Counted from the first letter of the stretch, positions 9,329 to 18,876 are shown. The stretch is 40,076 bases of DNA from a virus (IMGVR_UViG_3300022205_000001:128001-168076), one strand, 5' to 3'. Translations and numbers: made by a program. The notes: a model not told the origin generated them from the letters alone.

Positions 9329-10252
9329 CTATTCGTCGTCTGCCAGGTTCTTGAAGAAACTCAAGTCTTCATCCTCTTCGTCGGCAACTTGACCGACTGG
9401 AGCCGGATTTGCCGCTTTGGGGGCGAATGACTGAGGAGGTGTGTCCTCATGTTCTTGTTCCGGCTCAAGTGGGGTAGATTCTGCGGTTGACGATTGCACC
9501 GCCGTTCCCAACACCTTTACACGGCGAGCTTCTAGTTGAGCATAACTCTTGAAGTTCTTTGGTTCAACAAATTCCTTCAAGGCATGTTCCTGCTTCCAAA
9601 TTGCTTCCAATTTTGCATCATCGTCTGCAACCGGAGACTGAACATCGAAACCAGACTTGTCATAGTTTCGATACCCTTCTACCTTACGGATCTTGAGGGA
9701 GAAATTTGCACCTTCCCACAAGTCAAAAGGACTGAATACCTTTTCGTCAGGAAATTCTGGGTGCATCTTTTCATAGATCTTGTCAAAAATCTTCTTCCCA
9801 AACTTGAAGAGTCTGACCGTACCATTGTTTGCCGGTGCCGCAGGATCATTGACCACCAAGATATTTGCTGTGTACGACAACTTGCGCTTCCGTTCACTAA
9901 CGATTTTCTTGTTGGATTCAATGCCCGTATTCCAGAGAATATTGTTCCCCTCACACACCGGACATTTCTGTTCGATGGTCGTCGGGCAGTTATCAATAAA
10001 CCATCCGCCCGGTCCCTGGAATCCATGTGTAAACTGACGAACCCATGGCAATCCATCTTCCCCATCTTGGGGTGGGGCTGGAAGAAAACGAATGATGGCA
10101 TACCCGTTTCCCGACTTATCGACGGTGGGTTCCCAAAATCGCGTATCTTCTTTCTTTCCGTTGGAAGATGCTGCTTTGATCGCCGCTTCTAGTTTTTCAA
10201 CTGAACCGCGGGAACGTTTGAGGGCAGAAAAACTGACTGGTGTGTTTGACAT
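9329..10252 (-). CDS. Single-stranded DNA-binding protein gp32
   Basis: DTRFWEP..GNGYAIIRFLP, NCPTT..CPVC, GANFSLK, NYDKS, acidic tail; GGAGG SD before ATG 10252. Confidence 0.96.
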   Translation of the reverse strand: MSNTPVSFSALKRSRGSVEKLEAAIKAASSNGKKEDTRFWEPTVDKSGNGYAIIRFLPAPPQDGEDGLPWVRQFTHGFQGPGGWFIDNCPTTIEQKCPVCEGNNILWNTGIESNKKIVSERKRKLSYTANILVVNDPAAPANNGTVRLFKFGKKIFDKIYEKMHPEFPDEKVFSPFDLWEGANFSLKIRKVEGYRNYDKSGFDVQSPVADDDAKLEAIWKQEHALKEFVEPKNFKSYAQLEARRVKVLGTAVQSSTAESTPLEPEQEHEDTPPQSFAPKAANPAPVGQVADEEDEDLSFFKNLADDE

Positions 10253-10315
10253 ATAAAACCTCCGTATATGTTGTATGGTTGTGTAAATGTATCCACGCAC
10301 TACATTATGATAACT

Positions 10316-10921
10316 CTATTTAGCCTCACCGAAGAGTGTCCTCAACGAGTGTGCCAGGGTTTTTCGATCAACATGAAGAAACGGCGTATACCTTCGTAAC
10401 CGTAACTTCAATGATGGATAGATGATCGTGTCACTGAGTTTATTGCTCCACGCATCTAAGCAATTGGTCAATAGATCTACGGCAATCAATGTTTCAGGTT
10501 GTAGTCTATGCTGCATCACACCGAGCAACAATGTGGGATAGTTCCCATCCTGCACCTGCATCTCTAACCGTAGATCGTCCAAACTCTGTATCTGATGGTT
10601 GTAAAGGTCCTCTCGTACAGAGTACTCAAATGACTCCTTGATCTTTTTCCGTTCCATGTAGGAAGTCACTGCCTCTTCAGTGAAGAGGGTACCCACCCAC
10701 AATTTCGGAACCATGAAAAAGGATGCCGCAAGAAAATATTCTACTTCCTCAGGCGTAGGATATTTCTTCGCCAACTTATGAAACATGTATTTGTCGCGCC
10801 GCTTATCAAACGTATCCACCGAACACCTCGTTTTCTTATTGTACTTGAAGTAGTCATAAGAATCTGAGGTGAAATGCAGCTTTAACGCTTGATATGTCGC
10901 ATAGGCATCAAATCCAGTCAT
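10316..10921 (-). CDS. Helicase loader gp59
   Basis: YQALKLHFTSDSYDYFKYNKK..FDKRRDKYMFHKLAKKY. Confidence 0.92.
   Translation of the reverse strand: MTGFDAYATYQALKLHFTSDSYDYFKYNKKTRCSVDTFDKRRDKYMFHKLAKKYPTPEEVEYFLAASFFMVPKLWVGTLFTEEAVTSYMERKKIKESFEYSVREDLYNHQIQSLDDLRLEMQVQDGNYPTLLLGVMQHRLQPETLIAVDLLTNCLDAWSNKLSDTIIYPSLKLRLRRYTPFLHVDRKTLAHSLRTLFGEAK
10317..10324 (-). promoter_or_regulatory. Late promoter-like box GCTAAATA upstream of gp32
   Basis: TAAATA core about 65 nt before gp32 ATG. Confidence 0.5.
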
Positions 10922-11151
10922 AACGGCAACTTGACAGATTTCTTCCCGCGGTCCCTAAGCAAATTCAGATCATCACATTCGCACATGATATCTGCTTTGA
11001 GTGATTTGCTCAAGAGTGACGCGACGATTTGAGGTTCCATTTCTGATTCGCTGACATAATCGGTCAAAGCTTCCCACAAAGGGATGTTTTTAAGCGCCGA
11101 CCGCACACGAATCATTTTACTAAACACTTCAATTTCATCGGTGGTAGGCAT
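10918..11151 (-). CDS. Late transcription coactivator gp33
   Basis: 77 aa, LLSKSLKADIMCECDDLNLL, T4 order dsbA-33-59-32. Confidence 0.85.
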   Translation of the reverse strand: MPTTDEIEVFSKMIRVRSALKNIPLWEALTDYVSESEMEPQIVASLLSKSLKADIMCECDDLNLLRDRGKKSVKLPL

Positions 11152-11153
11152 GA

Positions 11154-11441
11154 CTACCCTTTCGTGGTCAGCTTCGTATACAGCTTTTCAAACTGCTCAT
11201 GTTCTGCCACTTCCTGATCGAAGTTCTGCCGATGATAGACACGAGCCAACTTGGCGACCATCTTTCCAGGTAACTTCAAATCGGCCGAAAGCTTCTTCTT
11301 GGTTTCCTTGATCAACTCTTTCTCGCCTTCCGTTCGTGCGAGCGCATTTGAGATTTCCTTCAATGCGGCAAGCAACTGAGAACGTTCCTCGGCCGAAAGA
11401 TTTTCCACATTGACAACTTTCAACGCATCACCCTTTGCCAT
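11154..11441 (-). CDS. dsbA: T4 DsbA-like dsDNA-binding protein
   Basis: KLARVYHRQNFDQEVAEHEQFEKLY; synteny; GGAGG SD before ATG 11441. Confidence 0.85.
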   Translation of the reverse strand: MAKGDALKVVNVENLSAEERSQLLAALKEISNALARTEGEKELIKETKKKLSADLKLPGKMVAKLARVYHRQNFDQEVAEHEQFEKLYTKLTTKG

Positions 11442-12039
11442 AACAAATTCCTCCAATGTTAATGTTAGTACATGTACCTGGTTTCTCTGCATAGAACAAA
11501 TGATTTCCGATCTTCCCTAGAAATTGCTTCTCCTTTCTCCATTGAGGGTTAACATAATCTGCATGGAAATACATGGCGGAATTCAATCTCACCAGAATCT
11601 CATGCTTCCAGTGATTCTTGAGAACACGTCTAGCAATCTCCAAAGACTCCGACCATATTTCTCTCTTCGGACTTTTGACCACTTCACACCAAAACGAGAA
11701 TTGACAAATCCGTCTCTCTTGGATAAGGTGGGATTGACGAACTACCCCACAAATCGTTCGTGGATAGCGGCGATCATTGACGCGGTTGACAATAACCAAT
11801 GCTACCGCTTCTTTCCCCAACGCATCCTGGTTTCCTGCTTCGTAGTAGATTGCTTGAGCAAGGCACTGTATTTGCTTTAGGCTTTTGGTTTGTACAGGAG
11901 GTGCAAAATATCGTTCAACAAACTCTGTCTCGTACTTGTAGTTTCCGGTTGGTTCATTCGCATCGACCACATTAATGATCAACCCGAAAATCAATAGACA
12001 TAGCATCGTCTTCATAATTGAAACAAGAACATTTTTCAT
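11428..12039 (-). CDS. SleB/Hydrolase_2 cell wall hydrolase with signal peptide
   Basis: CLAQAIYYEA, VIVNRV, CQFSFWC, YFHADYVNPQW, IGNHLFY. Confidence 0.92.
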   Translation of the reverse strand: MKNVLVSIMKTMLCLLIFGLIINVVDANEPTGNYKYETEFVERYFAPPVQTKSLKQIQCLAQAIYYEAGNQDALGKEAVALVIVNRVNDRRYPRTICGVVRQSHLIQERRICQFSFWCEVVKSPKREIWSESLEIARRVLKNHWKHEILVRLNSAMYFHADYVNPQWRKEKQFLGKIGNHLFYAEKPGTCTNINIGGICYGKG

Positions 12040-12052
12040 AATATACTCCCTG

Positions 12053-12745
12053 TTAGGGATGCTCTGATCGATACGTCTCAATGCACTTCTGCAAGACTGG
12101 CAGATAAGCGTCCTTCTCTTTGATATACACGGTGGGGATAGTTTCAGTTTCGGTCGCCATGGCTACAACAATTTTACGGATTGGACGGCCCGTTCTCTCT
12201 TCAAACATTTCTGCATATGCCGCACATTGGACGAAATAATTGAGAATCCATTCATCCGGCTTCGGCTTCTCACTCGTTTTGAAATCCAATATCGCAATTT
12301 CACCATCCCACAATACAATAGCATCTGTTCGCCCAGCAATCTGCAAACGGTCCGAATATAGAGCTTGTTCTATAGCATACACGACTTCGACGTGGTTGTC
12401 AAGCTTCTTTTTTAACTGCAAAAATAACTCTTTCGTGGTAGGCATCATTCCCAAACGCTCTTGGAGGCTCAATGTGCCCAAGAGGTATTTTTCGCAGATC
12501 AAATGGACATGGGAACCTCTATCGGCTCCCCGTTTTGTTTTCTTATCGGCAGCTTCGGTACCGACACGCTTTCTCCATGCAGCAATCACATCACGAGTAA
12601 GGACTTTGGTAATGGTGGAGGCAGAAGGATAAATTTTCCCTTCTGGTGTGGTGTAGACACGGCCCTCATCTGTGGTGACAGCAGTGAGGGCGATGTCCAA
12701 TCCTGGGATGGTTTCTCGTTTGAAATTATATGACGTGTCCTGCAT
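12053..12745 (-). CDS. PD-(D/E)xK exonuclease (Cas4/lambda-exo-like)
   Basis: YPSASTI, RGSHVH, AGRTDA, LDFKTS, YFVQCAAYA. Confidence 0.9.
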   Translation of the reverse strand: MQDTSYNFKRETIPGLDIALTAVTTDEGRVYTTPEGKIYPSASTITKVLTRDVIAAWRKRVGTEAADKKTKRGADRGSHVHLICEKYLLGTLSLQERLGMMPTTKELFLQLKKKLDNHVEVVYAIEQALYSDRLQIAGRTDAIVLWDGEIAILDFKTSEKPKPDEWILNYFVQCAAYAEMFEERTGRPIRKIVVAMATETETIPTVYIKEKDAYLPVLQKCIETYRSEHP

Positions 12746-13430
12746 CTTGATATTGACTCTCACGAATAATAAAGTCTTTCACAAGTCCATTTCGCACAAT
12801 GTCGTTATGATCGAACTCAATTTTTGCAAATGACTCCATCGTATCGATGATGTTTAAGAAATGACCGAGACCTTCACGATCCTTGTACCGTTCAAAATCA
12901 CTTTGGCGATAGTCTCCCGAAAAGATCAACCGAGAGTTATCGCCGACTCGTGTAATCACCGTTCTCAACTCCTCATAGTTGAGGTTTTGCATTTCATCAA
13001 CGATGATAATCGAATCCTTGAATGTAACACCTCGGAGATACGAGGTTGTCGCAAACACTAACTGCTTTCGTGCTTTCAATTCTTCATACGCGGTACCCTT
13101 CTCAAAGAGGTCAGTACAGATATCCCGATAAGGATCTTCGTATGCGGAAATCTTTTCCTTCAATGAACCTGGGAGATACCCAATCTCACGGCTCGGCACG
13201 GCAGATCGAATAATCACGACCTGTTGCTGCTTCGGTTCCTCTGCAAGGACAACGGTAAGTGCCATGTGCATGGAAATGAACGTCTTCCCCGTTCCTGGGA
13301 CACCATGCAATATGAGATTGTATCCTTTGTGAAATTCCTTGTATGCCTTATGTTGATTGATCGTCTTTGCTTTTACATGAACACATGATAAAGGGGAAGG
13401 CATCACTGAAACCGCCTTCTTGCGTCCCAT
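12726..13430 (-). CDS. phoH: PhoH-family ATPase
   Basis: GVPGTGKT, IGYLPG, LRGVTF, DEMQN, GDYRQSD. Confidence 0.95.
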   Translation of the reverse strand: MGRKKAVSVMPSPLSCVHVKAKTINQHKAYKEFHKGYNLILHGVPGTGKTFISMHMALTVVLAEEPKQQQVVIIRSAVPSREIGYLPGSLKEKISAYEDPYRDICTDLFEKGTAYEELKARKQLVFATTSYLRGVTFKDSIIIVDEMQNLNYEELRTVITRVGDNSRLIFSGDYRQSDFERYKDREGLGHFLNIIDTMESFAKIEFDHNDIVRNGLVKDFIIRESQYQDAGHVI

Positions 13431-13450
13431 GCTTATTCCTTTGTTGAATG

Positions 13451-13708
13451 TTATACTTCCTTTGGTGCCTTGAATCGTGACTCCCTCGGCTTTCCAAACA
13501 AGCGTTTCTCGATAGGTTGGATAACATGTTTGATAAAATCTGAAGGAGGCTGCGTTATGCCAAGTGCCACAGGATCACCCACATTCATTTGACGGAATGT
13601 AATTTCGTAATCAGGGTTTTCCTTGAGAAATATTTCCATTGCAGCAATGGTCATGCGTTTCTCAACTACTTCACCTGTTGGCTTGTGTAAGAAATCGTAG
13701 GTAGGCAT
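13451..13708 (-). CDS. Small conserved T4-like protein (FmdB-like, MPTYDF...)
   Basis: MPTYDF..TGEVVE..MEIFLKENP pattern common next to phoH. Confidence 0.7.
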   Translation of the reverse strand: MPTYDFLHKPTGEVVEKRMTIAAMEIFLKENPDYEITFRQMNVGDPVALGITQPPSDFIKHVIQPIEKRLFGKPRESRFKAPKEV

Positions 13709-13709
13709 A

Positions 13710-13859
13710 TTACCACTTCACCTTTACAGCAGCAGGCGCTTCAATCACCTGTTCATATTGAGGGTTATCGGATAAAAATTTCTGCAACTCAGCAAATGAC
13801 ATTTGTGGCAAAGGTTGCACGATCTCAGTTCCCTTCTCGCGCACAGAATAAAATGGCAT
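13710..13859 (-). CDS. 49-aa paralog of the adjacent MPTY protein
   Basis: MPFYSVREKGTEIV..MSFAELQKFLSDNPQYE; GAGG SD; late box ACTAAATA at 13872-13879. Confidence 0.65.
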   Translation of the reverse strand: MPFYSVREKGTEIVQPLPQMSFAELQKFLSDNPQYEQVIEAPAAVKVKW

Positions 13860-13874
13860 GATGTTACCTCTTAT

Positions 13875-14534
13875 TTAGTCAAGGTCAACTATTGTGACCG
13901 GGTTCGTGGGTTGATATTCAACTGTGCATACAGAAACATTATAGAACCGCGTAGAACAATCCTGAATTGTGTATGAACCATATCCCTCATGAATGTGCCC
14001 AAAAATGTGCACCTTGGGTTGGATATCTTTCACCACTCGCAACAGTGCTCCATCGCCGTCGTGCGGATCTTCTCGATCATGTTGTGAAATGACACGGTCA
14101 CCTATTGTTCGTGGTGGACCATGGGTAATGAGAACATCCACCGGATAATCACGAATGGCACTCCAAAGGCGCGGACCGAATTCGCCATATCGAGGGTAAT
14201 CATAGCACCACTCTGACGGCTCAAAAATGGATGAAGAGTATGCGGACCCAAAAATACGTAGTCCGCCCACATAATGATAATCATGGCGAAAGAAGACCGC
14301 AGGCGCAAATTCTTCTTGAGCCCAGAGTTCGTTCCCTTCACAGGCCATGTCATGATTTCCAGGCACGACAATTTTATATTTGTGGGGAAGTGAATCAACC
14401 CAACGGGCAAATTCGACTACATGCGACATCTTCGCTCGCATCGAGAAGTCACCGGCGCAGATAAACATGTCACCGTCGGGAATGGTGAGCTTCTTATGGA
14501 AGCCGTGGGTGTCGCTCATGCAGACTAGTCTCAT
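13875..14534 (-). CDS. Calcineurin-like metallophosphoesterase
   Basis: SDTH, AGD, GNHD, THGPP, FGHIHE. Confidence 0.93.
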   Translation of the reverse strand: MRLVCMSDTHGFHKKLTIPDGDMFICAGDFSMRAKMSHVVEFARWVDSLPHKYKIVVPGNHDMACEGNELWAQEEFAPAVFFRHDYHYVGGLRIFGSAYSSSIFEPSEWCYDYPRYGEFGPRLWSAIRDYPVDVLITHGPPRTIGDRVISQHDREDPHDGDGALLRVVKDIQPKVHIFGHIHEGYGSYTIQDCSTRFYNVSVCTVEYQPTNPVTIVDLD

Positions 14535-14881
14535 ACCGATACCTTATATCCCTTGTTGATCTTTTCTTGAATGATTGTCGAATAGACGTTTCGCGCAATT
14601 GCCCATGAGACATCGCTGGCCTTCCTCATACTCTGCAATGTGCCACCGCGGCGCCCCCACTTCACATCGACGTTATAACGGTTCGGCCCGCAATGTGGGG
14701 AATCGTCGTCACATGTAATGCGAACAAAGTATACTTTATCGGACGATCCAACATTACAGTAGAGTGACGTTTCTTTGTCCGAATCCTTAGGTTTTGAAAG
14801 ACCTGAAGTTTGCGCCTCTCGCGGAGATTGTATTTCCGCCAAGGACTTCTCTAACATATACCCTAACAAACTCAAACTCAT
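14531..14881 (-). CDS. WGR-domain protein
   Basis: SSDKVY, VKWGRRG, EKINKGY. Confidence 0.85.
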   Translation of the reverse strand: MSLSLLGYMLEKSLAEIQSPREAQTSGLSKPKDSDKETSLYCNVGSSDKVYFVRITCDDDSPHCGPNRYNVDVKWGRRGGTLQSMRKASDVSWAIARNVYSTIIQEKINKGYKVSV

Positions 14882-14985
14882 TTTCGGTCTCGCTTTTCGT
14901 CAAGGTAATAGTCCACCAGAGTGAGCCCAAATACCAACATCCCAAATACAAGAACGACAAAAATCAACGTGTCCACAAATGCCAT
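14878..14985 (-). CDS. Small single-TM protein (MAFVDTLIFVVLVFGMLVFGLTLVDYY...)
   Basis: GAGG SD; stop overlaps WGR start (ATGA). Confidence 0.5.
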   Translation of the reverse strand: MAFVDTLIFVVLVFGMLVFGLTLVDYYLDEKRDRK

Positions 14986-15080
14986 GACGTGCCTCTCAAA
15001 ATCGAGAGCCTTGTGAATGATGATCGACCACTCACAAGACCCTTTGTCAGCCACCCTCGATTAAAGGTCTTGGCTGGCTG

Positions 15081-15401
15081 TTATTTCGTGACCATCATAT
15101 CTTCCGCCCTCAACTCTACCGGAGGCGGAGCAATCAACTTGCGGTCTTGAGCATACGCAAGCATGGCATCCCGATTCAAGAGCTTGAACGCCACAAGATT
15201 GCGACCATTTTTCTTCTTTTCGATTTCTGCGCCGTTCTTTTTCAGATCATACAGGTAGGTAGGGAGACGGTACAACTGGATCTCATTGGAGAGTGTTTGC
15301 TTGATTTCGTCCAACGAAACAAACTCACCTTCCTTCGCATTAATGAGAATCACGAGAATCTTTTCTGCCTGATGGGTTTTCTTTCCTTTACCGCGTGACA
15401 T
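15081..15401 (-). CDS. Winged-HTH DNA-binding protein
   Basis: EKILVIL..VSLDEIKQTL..LPTYLYDLKKNGAEI; own sigma70 promoter. Confidence 0.65.
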   Translation of the reverse strand: MSRGKGKKTHQAEKILVILINAKEGEFVSLDEIKQTLSNEIQLYRLPTYLYDLKKNGAEIEKKKNGRNLVAFKLLNRDAMLAYAQDRKLIAPPPVELRAEDMMVTK

Positions 15402-15431
15402 AGTAACATCCTTTCATAACAAAGTGAATTG

Positions 15432-15460
15432 AGTATAACACAACTTCACAAAAAAGTCAA
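15432..15460 (-). promoter_or_regulatory. Sigma70-type early promoter TTGACT-17-TATACT
   Basis: Near-consensus with extended -10 TG. Confidence 0.8.
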
Positions 15461-15461
15461 T

Positions 15462-15662
15462 CTACTTCTTCGATATTTTCTTCCGAAACGCCCGAACCTG
15501 TTTCTTATCCGATATCTCCTCTGTCATCATCGCTGAACGAAAATTCAACGCAACGCCTGGTGGACATTCTGTAATTTTTCCACCCCTCTGAAGGTATTCA
15601 TCCACCAATACTTTCAGTTCGGCCGAAGACATTTCTCGCGGAGCAATCAAATCCTTATTCAT
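15462..15662 (-). CDS. Hypothetical protein (YLQRGGKITECPPG family)
   Basis: Tiles with neighbours; common small phage motif. Confidence 0.65.
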   Translation of the reverse strand: MNKDLIAPREMSSAELKVLVDEYLQRGGKITECPPGVALNFRSAMMTEEISDKKQVRAFRKKISKK

Positions 15663-15837
15663 CCTCTAATCTCCCTCGTTCGTTTGCAGAGTCTTTTGCT
15701 TTCAACTCTTGAAATTTGCGATTACGCTCACACCATGGGCAACTCCCATGATTGCGGCAACTCGTATCGATGGACTTTGCTTTACGATACGGTTTCCGAT
15801 ACTCCTTCTTGTGCAAGATCGCTTTGTCCAGGCTCAC
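15655..15837 (-). CDS. Small basic protein (SCRNHGSCPWC)
   Basis: Motif typical of small phage proteins. Confidence 0.65.
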   Translation of the reverse strand: MSLDKAILHKKEYRKPYRKAKSIDTSCRNHGSCPWCERNRKFQELKAKDSANERGRLEDE

Positions 15838-15985
15838 GTTTCACCTTCGCTTTCTTTCCACGGTACTCTGCTTGGATTTCCTGCTTGAGGGCAGGCGTCA
15901 ATGTCGTATACTTAGTATACGTCATACGCTTTGTAGTTTGTAGCCATGAACCGAATTGTGCTTTTGTTCCTGTCTGTCCCATCAT
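15782..15985 (-). CDS. Hypothetical protein
   Basis: GAGGAGG SD. Confidence 0.5.
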   Translation of the reverse strand: MMGQTGTKAQFGSWLQTTKRMTYTKYTTLTPALKQEIQAEYRGKKAKVKREPGQSDLAQEGVSETVS

Positions 15986-15991
15986 ACCTCC

Positions 15992-16192
15992 TCAATACCC
16001 ATCATGTGAAATGTGACCGTCAATAATGTCCTGTACTTCGTCGTTGTCACTGACGCCGAAGATATCGTAGATTTTCTGCATTTCGCTGCCATCAAAGTCT
16101 ACGACGGCGTTGCGGCTATACTTTTCATCCGTCTCTACTTGAGTCGGCTTACCCCGTTTGATCCCTGCTTTCGGTCGCTTTTGCTTCGCCAT
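15992..16192 (-). CDS. Hypothetical protein
   Basis: Tiling ORF with GGGGA SD. Confidence 0.55.
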   Translation of the reverse strand: MAKQKRPKAGIKRGKPTQVETDEKYSRNAVVDFDGSEMQKIYDIFGVSDNDEVQDIIDGHISHDGY

Positions 16193-16202
16193 GGTTCCCC
16201 CA

Positions 16203-16718
16203 TTATAAAAGTGACTCTTCCACCGCTACCACCAAATCATACGCATCATTCCAAAGGTACTTGTCCGCCTTCTGGAGAACATCAAGCAAGGCTCGCTTCT
16301 CCTTCACATACACGGCCGCGAACTTCTTATCATTCGCTGCAATGCTTTGTGTATTGGAAATCAAATCAGCCAGCTTGACCGTCTGGGCCTCGGCAGGTGC
16401 CTTGGCGATATGCGCCCTATCCAAAGCCTTGCGGGCCGCACGGTTCCCGTCGGCTGGGGTGCTTACGTCAGTCAGCCACTTTACCAGTGACGTGATTTCA
16501 TCCCCAAATTCCTCACGCAATAAGGATTCGGTAACCTTCGTATCTTCCAGCGTATCATGTAACAACGCCGCGCACAATTGTGCCTCAGTGTGTTCCACCT
16601 TCCGCAAGATCTTCGCCACCTCGATTGGGTGCGTGATATACGGTACCCCTGTATACTTTCGGACCTGCCCCGCATGGGCTGCCGTCGCAAACACTCGTGC
16701 CTTCTCAACCAACGTCAT
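16203..16718 (-). CDS. HD-domain small alarmone hydrolase (Mesh1/SpoT-HD-like)
   Basis: HAGQVRKYTGVPYITHP, AALLHDTLEDT, VKLADLISN. Confidence 0.9.
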   Translation of the reverse strand: MTLVEKARVFATAAHAGQVRKYTGVPYITHPIEVAKILRKVEHTEAQLCAALLHDTLEDTKVTESLLREEFGDEITSLVKWLTDVSTPADGNRAARKALDRAHIAKAPAEAQTVKLADLISNTQSIAANDKKFAAVYVKEKRALLDVLQKADKYLWNDAYDLVVAVEESLL

Positions 16719-16879
16719 TATGCAACCTCCAACAGTTCTGCCAACTTTGCTTCTGCTTCATCCCGGTAAGAGGATTCATACAGGGCGGATGGCTGATCCA
16801 GTGCATAAACCTTATAGCGGTACAACGGACAGCATTCACAATCCGAAACGTTGTCTTCTTCCATCCAATACTTTTCCAT
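16718..16879 (-). CDS. 53-aa hypothetical protein (MEKYWMEEDN...)
   Basis: GAGGG SD; first ORF after promoter; TAATG coupling to HD gene. Confidence 0.55.
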   Translation of the reverse strand: MEKYWMEEDNVSDCECCPLYRYKVYALDQPSALYESSYRDEAEAKLAELLEVA

Positions 16880-16900
16880 ATCTTCCCTCACTCTATTATA

Positions 16901-16949
16901 AGTCTATCATAATAAGGCAGGGATGTCAAGTCCTTGTAAGTGCTTGATT
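16901..16949 (-). promoter_or_regulatory. Sigma70 promoter TTGACA-17-TAGACT with upstream IHF-like box
   Basis: -10 at 16901-06, -35 at 16924-29, TAAGTGCTTGATT at 16937-49. Confidence 0.8.
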
Positions 16950-17195
16950 TTATTTGAGAAGTTCCACAAGATATGTTTCAAATTCGGGGGTTCCATCTAT
17001 ATGATTATGCTGGGCTTTTGTCTTCGCAAGTAGCTTAATATCTGCAAGTTGACAGAATCGAGCGAACTCTTCCGAAAAGGTAGGATCATCCGCAAAAATG
17101 ACCAATCGGTCACCTTTCTTGAGGGGGTTCAGTGCCAATCTGGTTTTGAGAATTGGCATGGGGCACTGAAGCCCCCGACAGTCTACCACATCCAT
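16950..17195 (-). CDS. tusA: TusA/SirA sulfurtransferase
   Basis: DCRGLQCPMPILKT CPxP motif, ADDP. Confidence 0.9.
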   Translation of the reverse strand: MDVVDCRGLQCPMPILKTRLALNPLKKGDRLVIFADDPTFSEEFARFCQLADIKLLAKTKAQHNHIDGTPEFETYLVELLK

Positions 17196-17197
17196 CG

Positions 17198-17353
17198 TTA
17201 TCCTTGCAGTAAGGAACGACCGTCTTTTTTAGTGGCGGCTTCTGACGCAACCATCGCTCGCTCTCGTTCCAACCTCGACAATTCTAGGGACAATAACGCC
17301 ACTTGCTTCCGCACATCTGCAATTCGTTCATCGAGCCAGTTAATGTCGTTCAT
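17198..17353 (-). CDS. Small coiled-coil hypothetical protein
   Basis: GGAGGA SD before MNDINW. Confidence 0.55.
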   Translation of the reverse strand: MNDINWLDERIADVRKQVALLSLELSRLERERAMVASEAATKKDGRSLLQG

Positions 17354-17513
17354 CGGGAGTTTCCTCCTCCCACATATCAAATGTCTGGCGAGTAGACATT
17401 TGCTTTCTGTGGTTCTGTTTGTTCACTTTCCCTGGTTTCTTTGAAACCTGTTCTTCTCGCCCGCCCCGAAACTTCGTCCGCTTCGTCTCTTCTAAATGCC
17501 GACTCCCCTGCAT
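17340..17513 (-). CDS. Small basic hypothetical protein
   Basis: SD before MQGSRH. Confidence 0.5.
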   Translation of the reverse strand: MQGSRHLEETKRTKFRGGREEQVSKKPGKVNKQNHRKQMSTRQTFDMWEEETPDERH

Positions 17514-17523
17514 AACCCCTCTC

Positions 17524-18180
17524 CTAAAAATGGGTGAATATTTTGTCTGCAAGTTTCAGTTTCACAGCCTCTTCCGCGGTCACCCATGCATCGGATGGCT
17601 GCAACAACTGCTTTGTCACAACACGCTCACTAATCTTGCAGTAATTGGTGAGCAAACTATGAATGCGTTTACGACAGAATTCCAATTCCTTCATTCCTGC
17701 CCGAAGTTCATGCTCCTTCCCCTCCAACCCGGAGGAAAATTGGTGCATCATAATACCGGTATGTTTCCCGATATACCGTTCTCCTCGTTGTCCACACGCA
17801 AGAATCAATGTCGCCGCCGACATCACATTTCCTATTCCAATTGTGCGAATAGGGTATTTCGATATATGCATCAAGTCAACTAAAGCAAATGTTTGATAGA
17901 GGTCACCACCGACAGAATTGATATACAGCGTCAATACCCGTTTCTCGTTAGGTAATAGTGGTCTCAAATTTTCTGCAATGATCCATTGGGTCGCTCGTGC
18001 GATATTTTCATCCCCAATTTCCCCATTTAGCAAATGCGTATGTTGAGAAATCAATTCATTCTGAAGAGGATCTTCTAAGTTCTCATTCAGAACGAGAAAC
18101 TGTTTTAACTCGTTCGGTATATCAAGGTGTTCTTCTGTTGGGGACCCGTTGCTGGCGCGGCGGCGTTTTCGGTTGACCAT
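17524..18180 (-). CDS. clpP: ClpP proteolytic subunit
   Basis: LYINSVGG, MSAAT (Ser), MMHQ (His), DAWVTAEEAV (Asp); AAGGAG SD before ATG 18180. Confidence 0.92.
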   Translation of the reverse strand: MVNRKRRRASNGSPTEEHLDIPNELKQFLVLNENLEDPLQNELISQHTHLLNGEIGDENIARATQWIIAENLRPLLPNEKRVLTLYINSVGGDLYQTFALVDLMHISKYPIRTIGIGNVMSAATLILACGQRGERYIGKHTGIMMHQFSSGLEGKEHELRAGMKELEFCRKRIHSLLTNYCKISERVVTKQLLQPSDAWVTAEEAVKLKLADKIFTHF

Positions 18181-18875
18181 GGGAATACTCCTTGGTAAAT
18201 TTGATTGGCAACTGTGTTGCCTTGCAAAAACATTTCCTTCGTCGCCATGTTCGTTGCGCCACCCAATCTGTAATTGAGGGTATACTTCCCTGTGCATCCA
18301 AATTGAGGCGCAACGCCCCTCAGAGCATCAAAAAACTGCCGATCTGCGCCCCATTGACCATACCACGCATGACTTACCTTTACGGCAATATTTCGAGGTA
18401 CAGCGAAACAACTAGTATCCACATGATGTCTTCCGGTCCGATCACCTATGACTGGCCACAGTCCTAAATTTTCGCAGTTATCTTGGCAGATAAATGATCC
18501 ATCTGCATCGACTATGTTCCGAAGGGTAAAGGCCCACTGACGAGTATTTAGAACTTTCTTGAATGATTCAATGTAGTTCGGCTCGACCCAGTTATCTTCA
18601 TCAAGATAACAGATTACCTCCTCATTGACGAGAAAGGGACTTGCAGCATAGACCCTATGTCCATACCACCCCTTACCAATGTTTTCATCCAACCAAATCA
18701 TCTTTTCTTGCTGAGTCAATCCAGTCCGATTGACTAGAATCTCATTGACTTTTCTATTGTGTTCGCGTCCATCCACTACAATGTAATGGACACAATCCTG
18801 CCCTCGGAGGGACATGATGCACCGCTCCAAATCATCCGTACCAGTGGTGGGGGTAATAACAGCAAAGGACGGCAT
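18105..18875 (-). CDS. Glycosyltransferase family 2
   Basis: VITPT, IVVDG, YLDEDNW, GADRQF. Confidence 0.85.
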   Translation of the reverse strand: MPSFAVITPTTGTDDLERCIMSLRGQDCVHYIVVDGREHNRKVNEILVNRTGLTQQEKMIWLDENIGKGWYGHRVYAASPFLVNEEVICYLDEDNWVEPNYIESFKKVLNTRQWAFTLRNIVDADGSFICQDNCENLGLWPVIGDRTGRHHVDTSCFAVPRNIAVKVSHAWYGQWGADRQFFDALRGVAPQFGCTGKYTLNYRLGGATNMATKEMFLQGNTVANQIYQGVFPWSTENAAAPATGPQQKNTLIYRTS

Positions 18876-18876
18876 A

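Noticed and set aside
12053-12745. Cas4 as part of a CRISPR system
   Set aside because: Lacks the Fe-S cysteines and any cas context; ordinary T4-like exonuclease
9536-16947. Long antisense ORFs (9536-10192, 16261-16947)
   Set aside because: Antisense shadows of gp32 and the HD gene with no independent signals
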